64,000 bases of DNA from Candidatus Binatia bacterium (lineage in GTDB: Bacteria; Desulfobacterota; Binatia; HRBIN30): assembly GCA_038245295.1 (NCBI GenBank), contig JBBRSP010000024.1, positions 20,877-84,876 on the forward strand, written 5' to 3'. The notes beneath the pieces were generated by a model. It did no database searches. It was not told the origin of the DNA and saw nothing but the letters and a program-made list of their open reading frames with translations. A program made the translations under genes and the position numbers. Shown in pieces: positions 9,209-20,350 of this stretch; positions within the stretch are counted from its first letter, which is position 1; every line of letters starts with the position of its first letter.

Positions 9209-10057
9209 ATGATGGGTGCAGTGCAAAAATGGGTATCCGGCACGGTTGCCGTTCTTTCCATCTGTGGCATGGCCAAATTGGCCAATGCTGCCGAGGTGAC
9301 GGATGTGGACCGGTCGTACGGAAACTTCGTGCGGGAAGCGGCCACAGTCGGCGAGCAGCAGGTGCGTCTCGAAGTGCGCGGCCTTTCGCTCAATGATGAA
9401 GGCAAGACGCGTATCGACATTGTCGGTCGCCGTATCAAGGCCGATTCTCTGGCCGGCGGAAAAGTCGAAGCATTGGCTTCGTACGGTGTCTTTAAGGGTT
9501 CTGAGATCGGCATCGATGTGCCGATCATTGCCCAGTCGGTGACGGTCAACGGCCAAAACCTCAGCACCAACGGCGATCCGGTTCCTGGGTCGACCACTGG
9601 GTTGGGCGACATCTCGCTCTACTGGAAGTTCAAGCAGCAAGTCGCCGAGCATTGCGCCGTCGGTGCCGGCGTCGAAGTGCAGACACCCAGCAACACCAAT
9701 GACAAGATTGGTACGCGCGAGGTCGGCTTGAACGGCTTCGTCGGCACACGTTACACGCATGGGGCGTTTGGCATCGGTCTGAACACCGGCTACCAGTTCT
9801 TTAGCGGTGACGTTGCCAACGTCTACAACTTCGGTGTCACCACCCACATCAAGGGCGGCGAGAACTGGGGGCTGCGTACAGAGCTCGTCGGCCGCATCTT
9901 CGACCAGGCCGGGCTGCGGAATCACGACGTCAGCATCCTGCCGGGTATCGACTACAACATCAGCAGAAACTGGGTGTTCCGCCCGACGGGCATCGTCGGC
10001 ATCACCAGCACCTCGCTCGATTGGGGCATCGGCGCCGGTCTAGCGGCGACGTTCTAA
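9209..10057 (+). CDS. Putative outer membrane beta-barrel protein (MetA-pathway/transporter-like)
   Basis: Signal peptide, TGLGDISL motif, amphipathic strands, terminal Phe. Confidence 0.65.
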   Translation: MMGAVQKWVSGTVAVLSICGMAKLANAAEVTDVDRSYGNFVREAATVGEQQVRLEVRGLSLNDEGKTRIDIVGRRIKADSLAGGKVEALASYGVFKGSEIGIDVPIIAQSVTVNGQNLSTNGDPVPGSTTGLGDISLYWKFKQQVAEHCAVGAGVEVQTPSNTNDKIGTREVGLNGFVGTRYTHGAFGIGLNTGYQFFSGDVANVYNFGVTTHIKGGENWGLRTELVGRIFDQAGLRNHDVSILPGIDYNISRNWVFRPTGIVGITSTSLDWGIGAGLAATF

Positions 10058-10078
10058 GTCGTTATCACTGCCTTTGAA

Positions 10079-10116
10079 GAAAGAGGGGATTCCCGGTTGC
10101 CGGGGATCCCCTCTTT
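10079..10116. terminator. Probable bidirectional intrinsic terminator
   Basis: aaagaggggattccc-gg..cc-ggggatcccctcttt hairpin just after the 10057 stop. Confidence 0.65.
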
Positions 10117-10285
10117 GCGTTGGCGCTTCTTTGAGAAGCATTCGTGGCAGCAAGATATCGCTCGATTCGAGTATCCATAAAGCCAGCAAGTTTTCAGAAT
10201 GAGAACCGTGAACTTAACGACATTGGGGTTTTGGGTGACGGTTGGTCTGTGAATCCGCAACCCCTGCGGGCCCTCACCCCGACGC

Positions 10286-10614
10286 CAATGTCGTTAAGTT
10301 AGTGAGAGAAGTGCGTCGTCCCGGCGGAGGAGACTGGCGATTTTCTCTGATTCATCGTTTAAAACTGCGCAAACACCTCCGTCATACCGGCGAAAGCCGG
10401 TATCTCCCCAGCATTTGTGGTTTCCTCTCGAGGAGATCCCGGCTTTCGCCGGGATGACGTTGCTCCATTTCTATTTATCGACAGTCTCGGAGGCCGGAAC
10501 CCAGTGATGGAATAGAATCTGCGCGTGATGCTTGGGTTCCATCTCTGGATACCGGCCTCCGCCGGTATGACGAGGCTCCGCAGTGGCCCCCACCTCGCTA
10601 ACTTAACGACATTG
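10286..10614. mobile_element. Composite MITE with CAATGTCGTTAAGTT termini, containing a nested second MITE (10331-10487)
   Basis: Outer TIR caatgtcgttaagttag/ctaacttaacgacattg with flanks ccccgacgc/ccccgaccc; inner TIR agactggcga/tcgacagtct with CGGAGG duplication. Confidence 0.75.
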
Positions 10615-10727
10615 CCCCGACCCACCCCGACCCTCTCCCACCATCTATCTGTCCGCTCGATGCGGGAGAGGGGGCGCTTCCCTTGCATCCCACATGATGA
10701 CTGTTTGGTGGAGGTTGGCTGCTGGGC

Positions 10728-11459
10728 TCAATAGTCGACGCGTGTCAGGCACAAGCCTTCTGGCGGCGCCGTTGCCGCGGCCTGCCCACGGTCGCGTGCC
10801 GCCAACAGGCGCGGCATGTCATCCACCGGCCGTACCCCCAGTCCAATCTCGGCCAGAGTTCCCACGATGGTTCGCACCATGTGGCGCAGAAACGCCGTCG
10901 CCTCGATGTGGTAGGACAACAGCTGTTCGTCGCGCTGCCATTGGCTGATGAAGATGCGCCGCACCGATGTCCGAGCATCACATGTCGAGGCGCGCAGAGA
11001 TTCGAAATCGTGGTCGCCAAGCAGGTCGTTGGCTGCCTGCTGCATTGCCTCTAGATCGAGCGGGCGCTGCACATGCCAGGCGAATCGTTGCCAGAAGGGC
11101 GATGGGTAGGGCGTGTTCCAGATGCGGTAGACGTAGGCTCGGCGCCGCGCCATCCGGCGCGGATCAAAGTCGTCGCTCGCCACGTCGAGTGTGCGTAGTG
11201 TAATCGCCGGCGGCGTCAGCGAATTGAGGGCGCGGTGCAGTTTGCGCGCTGTGATGTCGCGTTCAAGGTTGAACGAGATGACTTGCCCCAGTGCGTGAAC
11301 GCCGGAGTCGGTGCGGCCGGCGGCGAAGATACGTACCGGGTGGCCAGCCACCTGTTGCAGCGCGTCTTCGATAGCCGCCTGGATGGTTGGGCCGTTCGCT
11401 TGGGTCTGCCAACCGCAGAACCTGGTGCCGTCGTACTCGACGATCGCTCGGTAGCGCAT
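10728..11459 (-). CDS. truA: tRNA pseudouridine(38-40) synthase
   Basis: EYDGTRFCGWQ, AGRTDSGVHALGQ, AFLRHMVR, APPEGLCL. Confidence 0.96.
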   Translation of the reverse strand: MRYRAIVEYDGTRFCGWQTQANGPTIQAAIEDALQQVAGHPVRIFAAGRTDSGVHALGQVISFNLERDITARKLHRALNSLTPPAITLRTLDVASDDFDPRRMARRRAYVYRIWNTPYPSPFWQRFAWHVQRPLDLEAMQQAANDLLGDHDFESLRASTCDARTSVRRIFISQWQRDEQLLSYHIEATAFLRHMVRTIVGTLAEIGLGVRPVDDMPRLLAARDRGQAAATAPPEGLCLTRVDY

Positions 11460-11478
11460 GGCGTCGGTTCTACGGTGG

Positions 11479-12507
11479 TTACTTGCCGAGATGGTCGCGG
11501 ATCAGGATTTCGGCGATCTGCACCGCGTTGACTGCCGAGCCCTTGCGTACACTGTCGGTAGCGACCCAGAGATCGATGTGCGGATGAAGTTGGCTGACAC
11601 GCAGGCGGCCGACGACCGTCGCATCGGCGCCGACCACGTCGGCCGTTGTCGGATAGGACGTCGGATCATCTTCTTCATCGAGAAGGATCCCCGGAGCGGC
11701 ACGTAGGAGCTCGCGCACCTGGCTGTCGGAGGGCATCTGCTGCATCTCGACATGCAGCGACAGACACGCCCCGAAGAACACTGGCACGCGGGCGCGCGTG
11801 ATGCTGATCGGTGTGGCAGTGTTTGCCAGCAACCGTTGTAAGGCGTGCACCGACTGTTGTTCGCCGAGCGTGTTGCCGCCTTGCAGAATCTCGCCGATCT
11901 GGGGGACGACATTGAAGGCGAGCCGGTGCGGGAAGACCTCCGGCTCGGGACTGGAGCCACTGAGCAGCTCGGTGACCTGGGTTTGCAGCTCGCTGATCCC
12001 GCGCCGACCGGCACCGGCGGCGGGTTCGAAGGTGGTGGCCACGACATTGGTGAGCGGTGACGTCGTTTGCAGTGCCGCCAAAACGACCGCCAGGGGGATA
12101 GCGATGGGATCCGGGCTGGTGATGAATCGCTGTGCTGCGTAGTCGCCGATATCGGCGGCATTTACTTCGGGAACGACCAGGGGAATCGCGTTGTTGTCGG
12201 CAAACAGACCACTGGTGTCGATGGCGATGGCGCCACTGGCGCGGACGCGTTCGCGCCACTCCGCGGTAACCTGTTGGCCGGCGGCGAGGAAGACGATGTC
12301 GAGCCCGTCGAACTTGGCGGTGTCGTCGAGCGGGAGAAGCAGTGGGTTGAAGCTACCGCACTCCAGACGCTCGCCCGCCGATTCATAGCTGGCAAACACA
12401 CGCAGCTCGCTGAGCGGAAAGCCGCGCTCCCGCAAGGCCGTCAGGATCTCGGAGCCAACGATACCGCTGGCGCCGATGACGCCGACACTGTACGAGCTCT
12501 TACTCAT
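11479..12507 (-). CDS. asd: Aspartate-semialdehyde dehydrogenase family protein (Usg-like; catalytic Cys not evident)
   Basis: [47 protein letters not shown]; the NPNC motif reads SPDP. Confidence 0.75.
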   Translation of the reverse strand: MSKSSYSVGVIGASGIVGSEILTALRERGFPLSELRVFASYESAGERLECGSFNPLLLPLDDTAKFDGLDIVFLAAGQQVTAEWRERVRASGAIAIDTSGLFADNNAIPLVVPEVNAADIGDYAAQRFITSPDPIAIPLAVVLAALQTTSPLTNVVATTFEPAAGAGRRGISELQTQVTELLSGSSPEPEVFPHRLAFNVVPQIGEILQGGNTLGEQQSVHALQRLLANTATPISITRARVPVFFGACLSLHVEMQQMPSDSQVRELLRAAPGILLDEEDDPTSYPTTADVVGADATVVGRLRVSQLHPHIDLWVATDSVRKGSAVNAVQIAEILIRDHLGK

Positions 12508-13598
12508 GAGCCGGAGCCGACTCGTCGCGCCACTTCGGCTCCCATCTCACGGCAGCCGACGATCTTGCAATTGGGCTGCCCGATATCGGGTGTGCGCCAG
12601 CCGTCGGCCATCACGGCTTCGACCGCCGCTTCGATCGCTTCGGCCGCCGCCGTCTGCGCCAGCGAGTAACGCAGCATCATGGCCACCGAAAGAATCGTGG
12701 CGAGAGGATTTGCCTTATTCTGCCCGGCGATGTCTGGGGCGCTGCCGTGGATAGGCTCGTACAAGCCGCGCGGTAATCCAAAGCTGTTCTTGGCATCACC
12801 AATCGACGCCGAGGGCAGCATGCCCATGGAGCCGGCCAACATCGAGGCTTCATCGGTGAGGATGTCGCCGAAGAGGTTTTCGGTGGCGATCACGTCGAAG
12901 TCGCGCGGCCGTCGCAGCAAATGCATAGCCATGGCGTCGACGAGTACGTCTTCGTACTCTACGTCGGCATACTCCTCACGCACTTCATGCGCCACATCAC
13001 GCCACAGCCGCGAGGTCGACATCACATTGGCTTTATCGACTGACGTAACCTTGTTGCGCCGCGTGCGAGCCAACTCGAAGGCAACGCGCATCAAGCGTGC
13101 GACTTCCTGCTCCGAGTAGAGGCACGTGTCGACCGCCTCGCGCGAACCCGGCGTGCCGCGTTGCTCGCTGGGTTTGCCGAAGTAGATGCCGCCGGTGAGC
13201 TCGCGGATGACGACGAGATCGACGCCTTTGAGAATTTCCGGTTTGAGCGGTGCCGCGTCGATGAGCTGCGGCACCACCTTAACCGGGCGCAGATTGGCGA
13301 AGAGCCCCAAGCCTTTACGGATGCCGAGCAGGCCCTGCTCGGGGCGCACCGCGGCTTTGGGGTTGTCCCACTTCGGCCCGCCGACGGCGCCGAGCAGTAC
13401 TGCGTCGCTCGCCAGACCAGCCGTCAGTGTTGCTTCAGGAAGCCCAGTGCCGAACTGATCGATGGCGCTGCCGCCGATGCTGCCTTCCTCGAACGTGACC
13501 TTGAAGGCAAACCGCGTGGCGATCGCTTCGAAAACGAGTCGCGCCTGAGCAACCACCTCCGGGCCGATGCCATCACCGGGGAGAACCAAAATGCGCAT
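12504..13598 (-). CDS. leuB: 3-isopropylmalate dehydrogenase
   Basis: [49 protein letters not shown]. Confidence 0.97.
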   Translation of the reverse strand: MRILVLPGDGIGPEVVAQARLVFEAIATRFAFKVTFEEGSIGGSAIDQFGTGLPEATLTAGLASDAVLLGAVGGPKWDNPKAAVRPEQGLLGIRKGLGLFANLRPVKVVPQLIDAAPLKPEILKGVDLVVIRELTGGIYFGKPSEQRGTPGSREAVDTCLYSEQEVARLMRVAFELARTRRNKVTSVDKANVMSTSRLWRDVAHEVREEYADVEYEDVLVDAMAMHLLRRPRDFDVIATENLFGDILTDEASMLAGSMGMLPSASIGDAKNSFGLPRGLYEPIHGSAPDIAGQNKANPLATILSVAMMLRYSLAQTAAAEAIEAAVEAVMADGWRTPDIGQPNCKIVGCREMGAEVARRVGSGS

Positions 13599-13689
13599 TC
13601 GGATTTCCTCTCTAGGAGGGTGTTCGGTGTTGGCTGTTAGGGGGGAACAAGCGACCCCTAACACCCTGACAGCGTAACACCCTGGTGCC

Positions 13690-15246
<1,557 letters not shown>

Positions 15247-15318
15247 CGTCCTATCCTCCTTCGGGCTCCTGGACCCGAAACTAAGAAGGGCCACGGGGGA
15301 CGCTGCCCGTAGCCCTGC

Positions 15319-15361
15319 AAAAACACAAATGCCACGGAGCAGCTAGATCCCGCCCGTGGCA
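15319..15361 (-). terminator. Attenuator terminator of the leu operon
   Basis: Minus strand tgccacgg...ccgtggca stem followed by tttgtgttttt. Confidence 0.75.
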
Positions 15362-15384
15362 CCTTCGGTTGACGTTGATTTTGA

Positions 15385-15471
15385 CTACACAACCCAAGGC
15401 GCTGCGGACGGGCACGGAAGAAGTAGCCCGAGGAGGAGTAGTCCGGCAACGATTTGAGGTCTTGCAGTCAC
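15385..15471 (-). CDS. Leucine-rich leader peptide (28 aa)
   Basis: MTARPQIVAGLLLLGLLLPCPSAAPWVV; 7 Leu codons in an 8-codon window, including two CTA; directly upstream of the terminator and leuA. Confidence 0.72.
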   Translation of the reverse strand: MTARPQIVAGLLLLGLLLPCPSAAPWVV

Positions 15472-15478
15472 GTTGGCC

Positions 15479-15507
15479 TAACTACGAGACGGGCAGGGTT
15501 GAGTCAA
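15479..15507 (-). promoter_or_regulatory. Putative sigma70-type promoter of the leu leader
   Basis: TTGACT-17 nt-TAGTTA, 7 nt before the leader GTG; -10 is imperfect. Confidence 0.45.
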
Positions 15508-15676
15508 GATGCGACCACGAATGTGGGATGGTTGGGAGTTCCATCTACGTCGGGCACGGGCAAGGCCACGGGCAAGGATCATGCGCCGCGATTGACTGCC
15601 GCGGCGTCCCATCAGCCGCGGTTCTTGCGCGAGAGTGTGTGCGTGGGCGGCGCCTTTCTGGAGCGCCGGTACCGAG

Positions 15677-15892
15677 CTAGAGGAGGAAGACTTCACCGGT
15701 CTCAGATGGCTCGCGGCCCGGGATCGGTCCAAACAGTCGCTGCATCGACTCCAGGAAGCGGAGGTAGTCATCGAGGCTGGGTGGATGCTGCCGGTGCCAA
15801 GCTTCCGCGGCACGTTGACCGGCCTCGATGTCCGCGCGGCGCTGCTCGTCGCGCGACTCTTCCAAGAATGATTGCGCCTCGCTCGCGTTCAT
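15677..15892 (-). CDS. Small hypothetical protein coupled to the nucleotidyltransferase
   Basis: ATGA overlap with the upstream gene; 71 aa, helical and charged. Confidence 0.6.
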   Translation of the reverse strand: MNASEAQSFLEESRDEQRRADIEAGQRAAEAWHRQHPPSLDDYLRFLESMQRLFGPIPGREPSETGEVFLL

Positions 15893-16425
15893 CGTTTCAT
15901 CCGACTCAGTCGCTCCTCGAAGTCATCTTCGCGGTCGAATAAACGGAAGTACTCACGAGCTCGCCGCAGATCACCATCACTGAGGGACGGCAGGATGCGA
16001 TCGATGTCGGCAAGGTCGACAGCCGCCCGCCGTGGGTCATTTACTGCCGCTTGAAGTTTTAATCCGACGATGTCGGCTGCTTGCACGACTTTCACACTGC
16101 GGCCGGCAATTGTCATCGGCCGAGCGGCCGCGAGCATCGCCAGCGAATGCGGTCGGTGCGCAAATAGCAAATCAACACTGCCTAGACGCGTGTCGTCGGA
16201 GCTGTAGTTGGCGGCGTTCGGCGAACGAAAGAGAGTCTCGAACCCGACCTCTTTGAGGATGCGATCCGCGTCGTCGGCCCGCAGGCCAGGGACGAGGAAA
16301 TCCAGATCGCCTGTGGCGCGCAGAAAACCCAGGGCCGCCATCGCGAAACCACCGATCAACGCATGGTCGATCACGGCCGCGGTGAAGCGTTCCTCGATTT
16401 GTTCCAACACCCAGGCGAAGTCCAT
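15889..16425 (-). CDS. Pol-beta-superfamily nucleotidyltransferase (AbiEii/NTP_transf-like)
   Basis: LIGGFAMAALG..RATGDLDFLV, D.VGLKLQA, DLADI; GGAGG RBS lies slightly further upstream, so the start is uncertain. Confidence 0.78.
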   Translation of the reverse strand: MDFAWVLEQIEERFTAAVIDHALIGGFAMAALGFLRATGDLDFLVPGLRADDADRILKEVGFETLFRSPNAANYSSDDTRLGSVDLLFAHRPHSLAMLAAARPMTIAGRSVKVVQAADIVGLKLQAAVNDPRRAAVDLADIDRILPSLSDGDLRRAREYFRLFDREDDFEERLSRMKR

Positions 16426-16581
16426 CGCTTCGGAGGTTCGCATAACGGAAGGCTTGGCGTCCAGCTCTGAAAGGCGGAGGCAAGGGCGACGGCGCGGGCG
16501 GGGGACCATCATCTACCGGTCGAAACAGATTCCACAGCCGGGGCAGCACTACGATTGCCACCCGGCTATACCGGCGCCTCT

Positions 16582-17433
16582 ATGCATCGAGGTTCTGTCG
16601 AATTTGTTGGTCATGAAGGTGTACATCTGCGCGGCGATGCGTTTGGTGATCCGACTCATCCGCCGGTGATTCTGTTGCCGGGCGGCGGCCAGACGCGCCA
16701 CTCCTGGGGCGGTACGGCCAAACGTCTGGCAGCCGATGGTTGGTACGCCTTGTCGATGGATCTGCGCGGTCATGGCGAGAGTGATTGGCCGGAGAGCAAG
16801 GATTACTCGCTTGACACGTTCGTCGCCGACCTGCTGGCGATGACGAGCCAGCTCAAACAACAGCCGGCGTTGGTCGGCGCTTCGCTGGGCGGGCTCACCT
16901 CGTTGCTTGCCGCGGGCGAGCGGGCGCCGCAGGCGTTTGCGGCCCTCGTCCTGGTCGACATCGCCCCACGTATGGAAATGAAAGGCGTCGAGCGCATCAT
17001 CACATTCATGCATCAACACCTCGACGGATTCGCCGATCTCGACGAAGCCGCCGCCGCCATCGGTGAATACATGCCGCACCGGCCGCGCCCCAAGGATGTT
17101 GCCGGGCTGAAGAAGAACCTGCGTCTGTGTGACGACGGCCGTTACCGCTGGCACTGGGATCCCGATTTCGTGTTGGGGAAGAAGGGCCCGAGCGCCACCA
17201 TGCAGACCGATCGCCTGCTGCGCGCCGCATCGCAGCTGACCGTCCCGGCGTTGCTGGTTCGCGGCAAGTTGAGCGACGTGATCAGCGAGCAAAGCGCCCA
17301 CGAGTTCCTCGCGGCGGCACCGCAGGCCCGCTTCGTCGACATCTCCGAGGCCGGCCACATGGTGGTTGGCGACAAGAACGACATCTTTGCCCAGGCGGTG
17401 ATCGACTTTCTGCGCACGGTGCGGGCGTTGTAA
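16582..17433 (+). CDS. Alpha/beta hydrolase (non-heme peroxidase-like)
   Basis: GGGQTRHSW, DLRGHGES, GASLGG, AGHMVVGD. Confidence 0.9.
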   Translation: MHRGSVEFVGHEGVHLRGDAFGDPTHPPVILLPGGGQTRHSWGGTAKRLAADGWYALSMDLRGHGESDWPESKDYSLDTFVADLLAMTSQLKQQPALVGASLGGLTSLLAAGERAPQAFAALVLVDIAPRMEMKGVERIITFMHQHLDGFADLDEAAAAIGEYMPHRPRPKDVAGLKKNLRLCDDGRYRWHWDPDFVLGKKGPSATMQTDRLLRAASQLTVPALLVRGKLSDVISEQSAHEFLAAAPQARFVDISEAGHMVVGDKNDIFAQAVIDFLRTVRAL

Positions 17434-17472
17434 CCAAACCCAACGCAGGAGCATGAACCGTTGCCTCCCCTC

Positions 17473-19005
17473 TCAGGAGTAGCGCTGCGCCAGCTCGTGC
17501 TTGCGCACCTTGCCTTGCGGCTCGCGCGGTAGCTCGGCGACGAGCTCGATGCGCTTCGGGCACTTGTAGTGCGCCAACTCTTGGCGTGTGTGCTCGAGGA
17601 GCTCAGCCGCGGAGGCCTGGCTGCCCACACGAAGCTCGACGACGGCGAGAACGGCTTTGCCCATGTCGGCATCGGCGATGCCGACGACCGCCGCATCGGC
17701 GACCGCCGGATGCTGCATGAGCACGGCTTCGACTTCTGCCGGATAGATATTGGCGCCGCCGCTGATGATCAGGTCGGTCCGCCGGTCGGCAATGTAGAGG
17801 TAGCCGTCGGCATCCAGGTAGCCGAGATCACCGGCGGTGAAATAGCCATCGCGAAACGCCGCTTGGTTCTTCGCCTCGGCGTCGCGGTAATGGAAATTCA
17901 GGACCGGGGACTTCACGTAAATGAGCCCGATCTTGCCCGGCGGACACTCCTTGCCATCATCGTCGAGAATCTTGACCGTGTGGCCGGGCCACGGTGTGCC
18001 GACACTGCCGGGCTTCTTCACCCATTCTTCCGCCGTGATCTTGGTGAAACCGCTTTCCGACGAGCCGTAGAATTCGGTGACCGTGTTGGGCGGCATGACT
18101 TCCATGATGCCGCGCTTGATGTGGGGCGGACAGGGTGCTGCCGAGTGCAAGACGAACCGCAACGACGAAAGATCGCGGCGCGAGCGTTGGTCGGCCGGGA
18201 TCTGCAAAATGCGCGCAAAGTGGGTCGGAACCATGAAGCTGTTGGTGACTCGATACGCTTCGATCAATCGCAATGCCTCCGCAGCGTCGAAGTGCGACAT
18301 CAAGACGACCTGCGCGCCGATCAGCAAATGCACCTGCGCGTAGCTGCTCGGGGCGGTGTGGTAGAGCGGGCCATTCACCAGGTGCACGTCGTCCGGCGTC
18401 AGCTGCCACAGCTGTGCGATGCCGAGCAGTTGCAGATGGCCGCGTGCCGGGTCGACGTCGCGATCGACGCCTTTCGGTCGGCCCGTCGTGCCCGATGTGT
18501 AGACCAGTGCATTGAAGCCGCCGCCGATGAAGGCATCGCTTGGCTCGGCGGTAGATTCAGCCGCCAGCAGCGCCTCGTAGGATTGCCCGCGCCAGGGTGC
18601 GGCATTACCGACCACCCACAGACGGTCGTCGCTCCAGCCGAGCTGCTCGAGCGCCCGATCGATTTCGTTGCGCACGCTGATGTCGCCGAGCATGACCCGG
18701 GCCCGCGAGTCCGTGACCATGTAGGCGATCTCGGGCGCTTTGAGGCGGTAACCGATCGGCACCAGACGCGCCCCGAGTTTGCCGGCGGCGTTGAGCAGCT
18801 CGAACCACTCGACGCCGTTCGGTAGTGCCGCAGCCACGGTATCGCCGACGTTGACCCCGACGCGGCGTAGCGCATGAGCCAATTGGTTGACGCGTCGATT
18901 CAGTTCGCCATACGACACCAGGCGCTCGCCAAACGAGATCGCCAGGCGCGACGGGAACTCACGCGCGTGATGCGTCAAACCGAGCGATGATGGATCGAGA
19001 GTCAT
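17473..19005 (-). CDS. Acyl-CoA synthetase / AMP-binding enzyme
   Basis: YTSGTTGRPKG, YGSSE, AGDLG, ISGGANIYPAEVE. Confidence 0.93.
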   Translation of the reverse strand: MTLDPSSLGLTHHAREFPSRLAISFGERLVSYGELNRRVNQLAHALRRVGVNVGDTVAAALPNGVEWFELLNAAGKLGARLVPIGYRLKAPEIAYMVTDSRARVMLGDISVRNEIDRALEQLGWSDDRLWVVGNAAPWRGQSYEALLAAESTAEPSDAFIGGGFNALVYTSGTTGRPKGVDRDVDPARGHLQLLGIAQLWQLTPDDVHLVNGPLYHTAPSSYAQVHLLIGAQVVLMSHFDAAEALRLIEAYRVTNSFMVPTHFARILQIPADQRSRRDLSSLRFVLHSAAPCPPHIKRGIMEVMPPNTVTEFYGSSESGFTKITAEEWVKKPGSVGTPWPGHTVKILDDDGKECPPGKIGLIYVKSPVLNFHYRDAEAKNQAAFRDGYFTAGDLGYLDADGYLYIADRRTDLIISGGANIYPAEVEAVLMQHPAVADAAVVGIADADMGKAVLAVVELRVGSQASAAELLEHTRQELAHYKCPKRIELVAELPREPQGKVRKHELAQRYS

Positions 19006-19087
19006 GGTCGAAGCGTCGGCTAATCACGCCACACGCCGCCCTGGCAAGAGACGGCGGCGGTTCGAGCGGTCCCGCAACCCCCCGTCG

Positions 19088-19168
19088 AAATAGCCAAATG
19101 GCCAAATGACCAAATGGCAAGATGACGAGATGACAAGATGGCCAAATGGCAAGATCGCCAAATGGCCA
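19088..19168. repeat. Degenerate 8-bp tandem repeat (ATGGCCAA)
   Basis: About 10 units; same unit at 25781-25905 and 29200-29232. Confidence 0.75.
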
Positions 19169-19173
19169 TTGTC

Positions 19174-19890
19174 TCAGCTGACATACCCGCGTGGCCCCGA
19201 GGCGACGATGACGGGATCAGCGTACAAGAGGCTGCCATCGTTGCCGATATCGACCTGCTGCAGGCTGATCTCGAAGCGCCCGAGCGGCGATTGGATCATT
19301 ACGGCGAGACGCGCGCCGGTTTCGCTGCGTGCGATCGCCGGCTGATAGGCCTCGACCGGATGGATAACCGTCCAATCCGGCGAGCTGGTGATCTGACTCA
19401 ACTCTTCCGCCGAGGCGATGACGTGTGAGTGGGTCCACCGGGCGCTCGCCCACAACTCTTGCATCGCTACCCAGTAGTCGAAGAACCCGATCGCCGAGTC
19501 TTCGTGGTAGAAGTGCCGGTAAAGAAGCTCGAGGTCTTGTGTCGGCGCGTAGCGTTGCGCCACGGCTGCCGAGTCGGGAGCCGGGTGCCATTCGAGCAAA
19601 CGTCGCACCGGGGTAACATCGGTGCTCAAGCGGGCGACGAACGGCCGAACCAAGAGATCGCGGCCCTGTTGACCAAAGTAACAATAGCGGACGACGAAGC
19701 CCGGCGGCAGCGTCACATTGCCGAGAGCGGCGAGCACTTCGGCGGCATTGGTCTCGAACAGGTTGAGCCAATACGTGGCTGACTCGCGTTCTGGGACTGG
19801 TCCGCAATGCTCAATGGCACGGGCGCGTCCGGCTTCGACGCGCTGCAAGGTTTCCCGCACGTGTTCGACGGGGATGAGGTCGACCGACAT
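19174..19890 (-). CDS. Hypothetical protein
   Basis: Long ORF with protein-like composition; no family recognised. Confidence 0.65.
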   Translation of the reverse strand: MSVDLIPVEHVRETLQRVEAGRARAIEHCGPVPERESATYWLNLFETNAAEVLAALGNVTLPPGFVVRYCYFGQQGRDLLVRPFVARLSTDVTPVRRLLEWHPAPDSAAVAQRYAPTQDLELLYRHFYHEDSAIGFFDYWVAMQELWASARWTHSHVIASAEELSQITSSPDWTVIHPVEAYQPAIARSETGARLAVMIQSPLGRFEISLQQVDIGNDGSLLYADPVIVASGPRGYVS

Positions 19891-20083
19891 GCGCGCCACG
19901 ATGTCGCAACTGGGCCGACGGAGCAACCCGTAGGGCATGCGCGGCCGACGGATCCAGACCAATCGCCGGCTCACGGCGTGAGGGCACGCCGACTCCTTCC
20001 CCGCAATCTATTGGGAGGTGCCCGAAAAATGGCCACAACTGGTTGACGCCTCCGGCTGAGAACGGTAGACCAAACGCGCGACA

Positions 20084-20228
20084 TAGGCCTAATCCCCGGA
20101 GACGGGGAGCGGAGGACCCAAGCAACAAAGGGGTGTGTCTCGGTGGCTCGGAGTAGGGGCCGGGTACCGAGAGGGACAACTTCTTGAGTCCTAACCCGAC
20201 AGCTAACTTCGCCGGCCTTCAAGGAGAG
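20084..20228 (+). ncRNA. c-di-AMP (ydaO/yuaA) riboswitch
   Basis: AAUCCC..GGGGA.GGAGGACCCA..GGGGUG..CCUAACCCGACAGCUAAC..GGC in the ydaO order; upstream of a peptidoglycan peptidase; TTGACG-17-TAGACC at 20043-20071. Confidence 0.82.
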
Positions 20229-20350
20229 GCGCCACCTTCCGGGTGGCCGCGGGAATACCCTGCGGTCGACGGTCCGTGGCGGCCGAAGACAGCGTAATCG
20301 CGTCTGGTGCTGCCTCTCCACCATTTATGTCGCCGGGAAGGGAGAGGCTA

